From contig JAOAIH010000008.1 in the NCBI GenBank assembly GCA_026414805.1, positions 1 through 64,000 of the forward strand: a stretch of 64,000 nt of DNA, read 5' to 3'. This DNA comes from Spirochaetota bacterium (GTDB lineage: Bacteria > Spirochaetota > UBA4802 > UB4802). The notes beneath the pieces were generated by a model that had not been told where the DNA came from, ran no database searches, and saw nothing but the letters and a program-made list of their open reading frames with translations. Shown piece by piece: positions 60,562 to 64,000 of this stretch (positions are counted from its first letter, which is position 1; every line of letters starts with the position of its first letter). Made by a program: the position numbers and the translations under genes.

Positions 60562-63500
60562 TGAACAATATGAAGAGTGTTAATCATTTTTCAGAATATT
60601 CTTTAGATGGTATCAACTGCATAGAAGCAAGTGCTGGGACAGGAAAAACCTATACCATAAGCCATCTTTACCTGCGGTTGATGATTGGAAAATGTCTTAA
60701 TATAGACAATATTTTAGTGGTGACATTTACCAATGCAGCAACCAATGAATTGCGCTCAAGAATTCGTTCGTTGATAAAAATTGCAAATGAAATGCTGGAA
60801 GATAGGTGTGATAGTGAGGTTGTAAAAAAGTACAGTGAATTATATGAATATTTAAAGAATATATGCATTGATTATAATGACCAGAGCTGCTGCTCAAAAA
60901 AAATTATAAAGAAAAAATTAGAATTAGCCTTGCATGAGATAGACAAAGCACCTATATACACTATTCACAGCTTTTGCAGCCGCACATTGAATGAATATGC
61001 CTTTGAAAGCCGCTCGCTTTTTGGCAGCCGGCTTGTTGAAGATGTAACTCCTTTTATGCAAAGAGTGGTTGAGGATTTCTATTACACAAAGATAGCACCG
61101 CTTGGCGAAGAGTTTATTGCTTTATTTGTTCATAATAAAGATGACTTTGTTAGCTGGCTAATGCAGTTATTACGCAAACTTCCGGATGATCCTGATATTG
61201 TCATACTGCCTGAAGTTGCATTTGATCCTGATACTGTAAAACAACTGGTAGAGCAGCTTGCTCAAAAGATAACAACAATACGCACAATGTTTGAAAGGGA
61301 ATTTGGAGCAATTGCAGACAATTATCACAAAGCCTTAGCTGAAGGTGTACTTAACAAGAGATCATACAGAGAAGATGATATAGATAAATTAAAGGAAGCT
61401 TTAGCGATGCTTTCTGTATATACAGCATTGGATGATGAAATATATTCTACAGTGAAAAAATTTTCGTTAACAAGATTATTATCCATGATGAATAGAGAAT
61501 CTAATAAAGGAAATAAAACATATCAGTGGCATACATTCTTTACTCTTTTGGATGAATGTAGTAAAACTATTGTTGCAATTAAGGTACAGATTATAGCTGC
61601 ATACCGTGATTTTATTTTAACTCACCCAAATCTATATTCACAGTACCGTGATCGCTATAACATTATTTCGTTCAGGGACATCCTGAAGGATATGTACAAT
61701 GCGCTGCAGGACGGGGTAGATAGCAAATTAGCTATAATGGTGAGGAAGCGCTTTAAAGCAGCCCTGATTGATGAGTTCCAGGATACAGACCCATTGCAGT
61801 ACACTATTTTTACTACAATATTTAACAAACCAGATTATACACTCTATATCATTGGTGATCCAAAACAGGCAATATACAGCTTCAGAGGTGCTGATGTATT
61901 TGCATATATAAAAGCCAGAAAAAATGCAAAAGAAAAATATACACTGGATAAAAGTTACAGATCAACTCCCGCGCTCACCAAGGCTATTAATTATATCTTT
62001 GGCCGTTTAAATAATCCATTTGTTTTTGATGAAATAGCATATAATCCAGTAGAATCAAAAATACAGAATTCGTGCTTTGACAATGGTGCATTACAAATTT
62101 GGTTTCTTAAATCAGTTCCAGGTGTTAGTGACAATATTCCAATTGGTATTGCACGCAAAATCATTGCCAAAAATATTGCCCTTGAAATCCAGAAGCTTAT
62201 GGGCCCTTCTTATACAATTGATGGCAGAAGACTTCAATACAGCGATATTGCAATTCTTGTGCGAAAACATCATGAAGCGCAACTGGTGCAGGATGTATTG
62301 CGTCAGTATAATATACATAGCGTTGTATACAGCCGACAGTCTGTATTTTCTTCATCAGAAGTGTGGGAGCTGCTTCATATATTAGAAGCTATCATACATC
62401 CTTCTTCAACAGCTGATGTTAAGCGCGCTCTGGTTACCAGCTTTTTTGGATATTCAGCAGAAGATATTATTAAGCTGGAGCAGCAAGGTTCGTTGGATAC
62501 AATAAAGATGCAGTGTGCTGCATACCAAAAGACATGGGAGTTGAAAGGATTTATAGTGATGTTGCAGCACCTTCTTCATGATGATACTATAGTGAAAAAG
62601 GAAAGTGACAATGATACCGTTTCGCAAAGGCTTTTGCGGTTTCCTGATGGTGAAAGGGTCATGACCAATATACTGCATTGTGCCGAAATACTTACCGACA
62701 TTGAAAGGCAAAAAAAACTTGATCCTATAGCACTTGTTGAGTGGTTCAAAAAAGCTATATATTACAAAGCAAACATTGAAGAGCAGGAATTGCGCCTTGA
62801 ATCGGATGCTAATGCTGTAAAAATTGTTACGGTGCATGCAAGCAAAGGCCTTGAATATCCTGTTGTATTTTGTCCATATCTTTTTGATAGTTCAGGGCTA
62901 GATGATGTGTTTGTATTTCATGATAATAATTATATAAATGATATTAATGATATTAATGATACTGAAGAAGATGTTAAAACATGTGTATGTTTTAAGTTCA
63001 AGAAAGATCAAGTAGAAGAAAAGGCCGCTATTTTTGGTAATGAAGTTTATGATAAATTAGAATTAAGAGCAAAATATGAACAGCTTGCCGAATCACTACG
63101 GATTGCATATGTTGCAATCACACGGGCAAAGTACCGGTGTTATATAGGATGGGGTAATATAAATGCAACAAGAACATCAGCGCTACAGTATCTTTTTCAT
63201 TTTAACGATAATCAAGCAACTATATCAAAATTTATTGAAGGTACAACACATAAACATGTAGATCTTTATAGTGATTTAGACAAATTTAAATACAAATTAA
63301 ATGGAACCATTAAAATCAAAGAAATTGAAGATCAACCGGTGCGGCCCCTCGATACAATGCAACAGATATACTCACAACCAATAAGTGCCCGGCATATTGA
63401 AAAAACTATTGCACCGGGATGGCAGTTAACAAGTTATACCGCGCTTTCATATAAAAGAGATGATGAAAGAAGTGACGAAATTCAGCTGCCTGTAATTGAT

Positions 63501-64000
63501 CAAAAGCAATCACAGGGCAACTCAATATTTACGTTCCCCGCAGGGAGCATTCCTGGATTGTGTATACATAAAATTTTTGAAACAGTGGACTTTACTGATA
63601 GCAACAGTATTCCAGATGTTGTTGCAAGAGTACTTCCTGTATACGGAATTGATATGCAATGGGCCGATGTTATTACGACTATGGTGAAAAATGTAATAAC
63701 AGTACCGTTACATGAATCATTTATCCCCTTATCGCATGTGCCAACAAACAAACGAAGAAATGAGATTGAATTTTATTATCCAATTGAAAATCTCACCAGC
63801 AAAAAATTAATAGAAGTTTTCAATGAGCATAGTTTATTTACACAGCAGTATGGGCAGGCATTACAGCAGCTGTGGTTTGCTGATATAAGTGGATTTATGC
63901 ATGGTTACATTGACATGGTGTTTGAACACGATGGAGCGTATTACATCGTTGACTGGAAGTCAAACCTGCTTGGCACATCAATTGATGATTATCATCGCAG
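60561..64000 (+). CDS. recB: exodeoxyribonuclease V beta subunit RecB (helicase-nuclease); 3' end lies beyond the window
   Basis: No stop in this frame to the window end. UvrD-type Walker A EASAGTGKTYTISHLYLRL and ILVVTFTNAATNEL. Near the window end, the nuclease-domain motif GYIDMVFEHDGAYYIVDWKSN. Confidence 0.85.
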   Translation, partial: MNNMKSVNHFSEYSLDGINCIEASAGTGKTYTISHLYLRLMIGKCLNIDNILVVTFTNAATNELRSRIRSLIKIANEMLEDRCDSEVVKKYSELYEYLKNICIDYNDQSCCSKKIIKKKLELALHEIDKAPIYTIHSFCSRTLNEYAFESRSLFGSRLVEDVTPFMQRVVEDFYYTKIAPLGEEFIALFVHNKDDFVSWLMQLLRKLPDDPDIVILPEVAFDPDTVKQLVEQLAQKITTIRTMFEREFGAIADNYHKALAEGVLNKRSYREDDIDKLKEALAMLSVYTALDDEIYSTVKKFSLTRLLSMMNRESNKGNKTYQWHTFFTLLDECSKTIVAIKVQIIAAYRDFILTHPNLYSQYRDRYNIISFRDILKDMYNALQDGVDSKLAIMVRKRFKAALIDEFQDTDPLQYTIFTTIFNKPDYTLYIIGDPKQAIYSFRGADVFAYIKARKNAKEKYTLDKSYRSTPALTKAINYIFGRLNNPFVFDEIAYNPVESKIQNSCFDNGALQIWFLKSVPGVSDNIPIGIARKIIAKNIALEIQKLMGPSYTIDGRRLQYSDIAILVRKHHEAQLVQDVLRQYNIHSVVYSRQSVFSSSEVWELLHILEAIIHPSSTADVKRALVTSFFGYSAEDIIKLEQQGSLDTIKMQCAAYQKTWELKGFIVMLQHLLHDDTIVKKESDNDTVSQRLLRFPDGERVMTNILHCAEILTDIERQKKLDPIALVEWFKKAIYYKANIEEQELRLESDANAVKIVTVHASKGLEYPVVFCPYLFDSSGLDDVFVFHDNNYINDINDINDTEEDVKTCVCFKFKKDQVEEKAAIFGNEVYDKLELRAKYEQLAESLRIAYVAITRAKYRCYIGWGNINATRTSALQYLFHFNDNQATISKFIEGTTHKHVDLYSDLDKFKYKLNGTIKIKEIEDQPVRPLDTMQQIYSQPISARHIEKTIAPGWQLTSYTALSYKRDDERSDEIQLPVIDQKQSQGNSIFTFPAGSIPGLCIHKIFETVDFTDSNSIPDVVARVLPVYGIDMQWADVITTMVKNVITVPLHESFIPLSHVPTNKRRNEIEFYYPIENLTSKKLIEVFNEHSLFTQQYGQALQQLWFADISGFMHGYIDMVFEHDGAYYIVDWKSNLLGTSIDDYHR

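Noticed and set aside
1-64000. Mobile elements, prophage, CRISPR-Cas, rRNA and tRNA genes
   Set aside because: No transposase, integrase, phage structural or cas-like translation appears in any frame. No GC-rich cloverleaf-like segments were seen in the AT-rich spacers.

Overview
This is a 64-kb chromosomal window from a low-GC (roughly 38-40%) bacterium that uses strong GGAGG-type Shine-Dalgarno sites. Almost all of it is conserved housekeeping gene content. No transposase, integrase, CRISPR array, rRNA or tRNA was found. Gene order from left to right: (1) a beta-oxidation operon (3-hydroxyacyl-CoA dehydrogenase, crotonase, thiolase, a long acyl-CoA dehydrogenase) followed by a patatin-like lipase; (2) a PlsC-like acyltransferase, endonuclease V, a DUF1003 membrane protein and a methyl-accepting chemotaxis protein; (3) a glycine-cleavage and lipoylation supra-operon (FAD oxidoreductase, gcvT, gcvH, gcvPA, gcvPB, lipA, a split lipoate-protein ligase); (4) a VIT1-family transporter, a HEAT-repeat protein and a GerMN/CYTH/secreted-protein trio; (5) a nitrogen operon on the minus strand (glnB, flotillin-like, glnA, amt); (6) a complete dcw cell-division cluster (mraZ, rsmH, ftsL, murE, murF, mraY, murD, ftsW, murG, murC, ftsQ, ftsA, ftsZ) with no ftsI, murB or ddl; (7) a receiver/RsbW-like kinase fusion and a 7TMR-DISM PP2C phosphatase; (8) a frameshifted ilvD, a second patatin, a family-4 uracil-DNA glycosylase, a small patch of degraded gene remnants, hemolysin III and a PiT-PhoU phosphate transporter; (9) recC and the 5' part of recB. 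The most unusual signals are not genes. One is a hyper-abundant short oligomer family, (ATG)AGCTATCGCC and (AGT)AACTATCGCC, with about 28 copies scattered through coding and non-coding DNA. A second is a motif, TGG(G/T)GTCAGAGCAA, confined to the first 7 kb. The third is a roughly 380-bp composite of inverted and direct 29-30-bp tandem repeats plus two perfect hairpins between gcvT and gcvH. All calls come from reading motifs in the supplied translations and DNA; no database searches were run.
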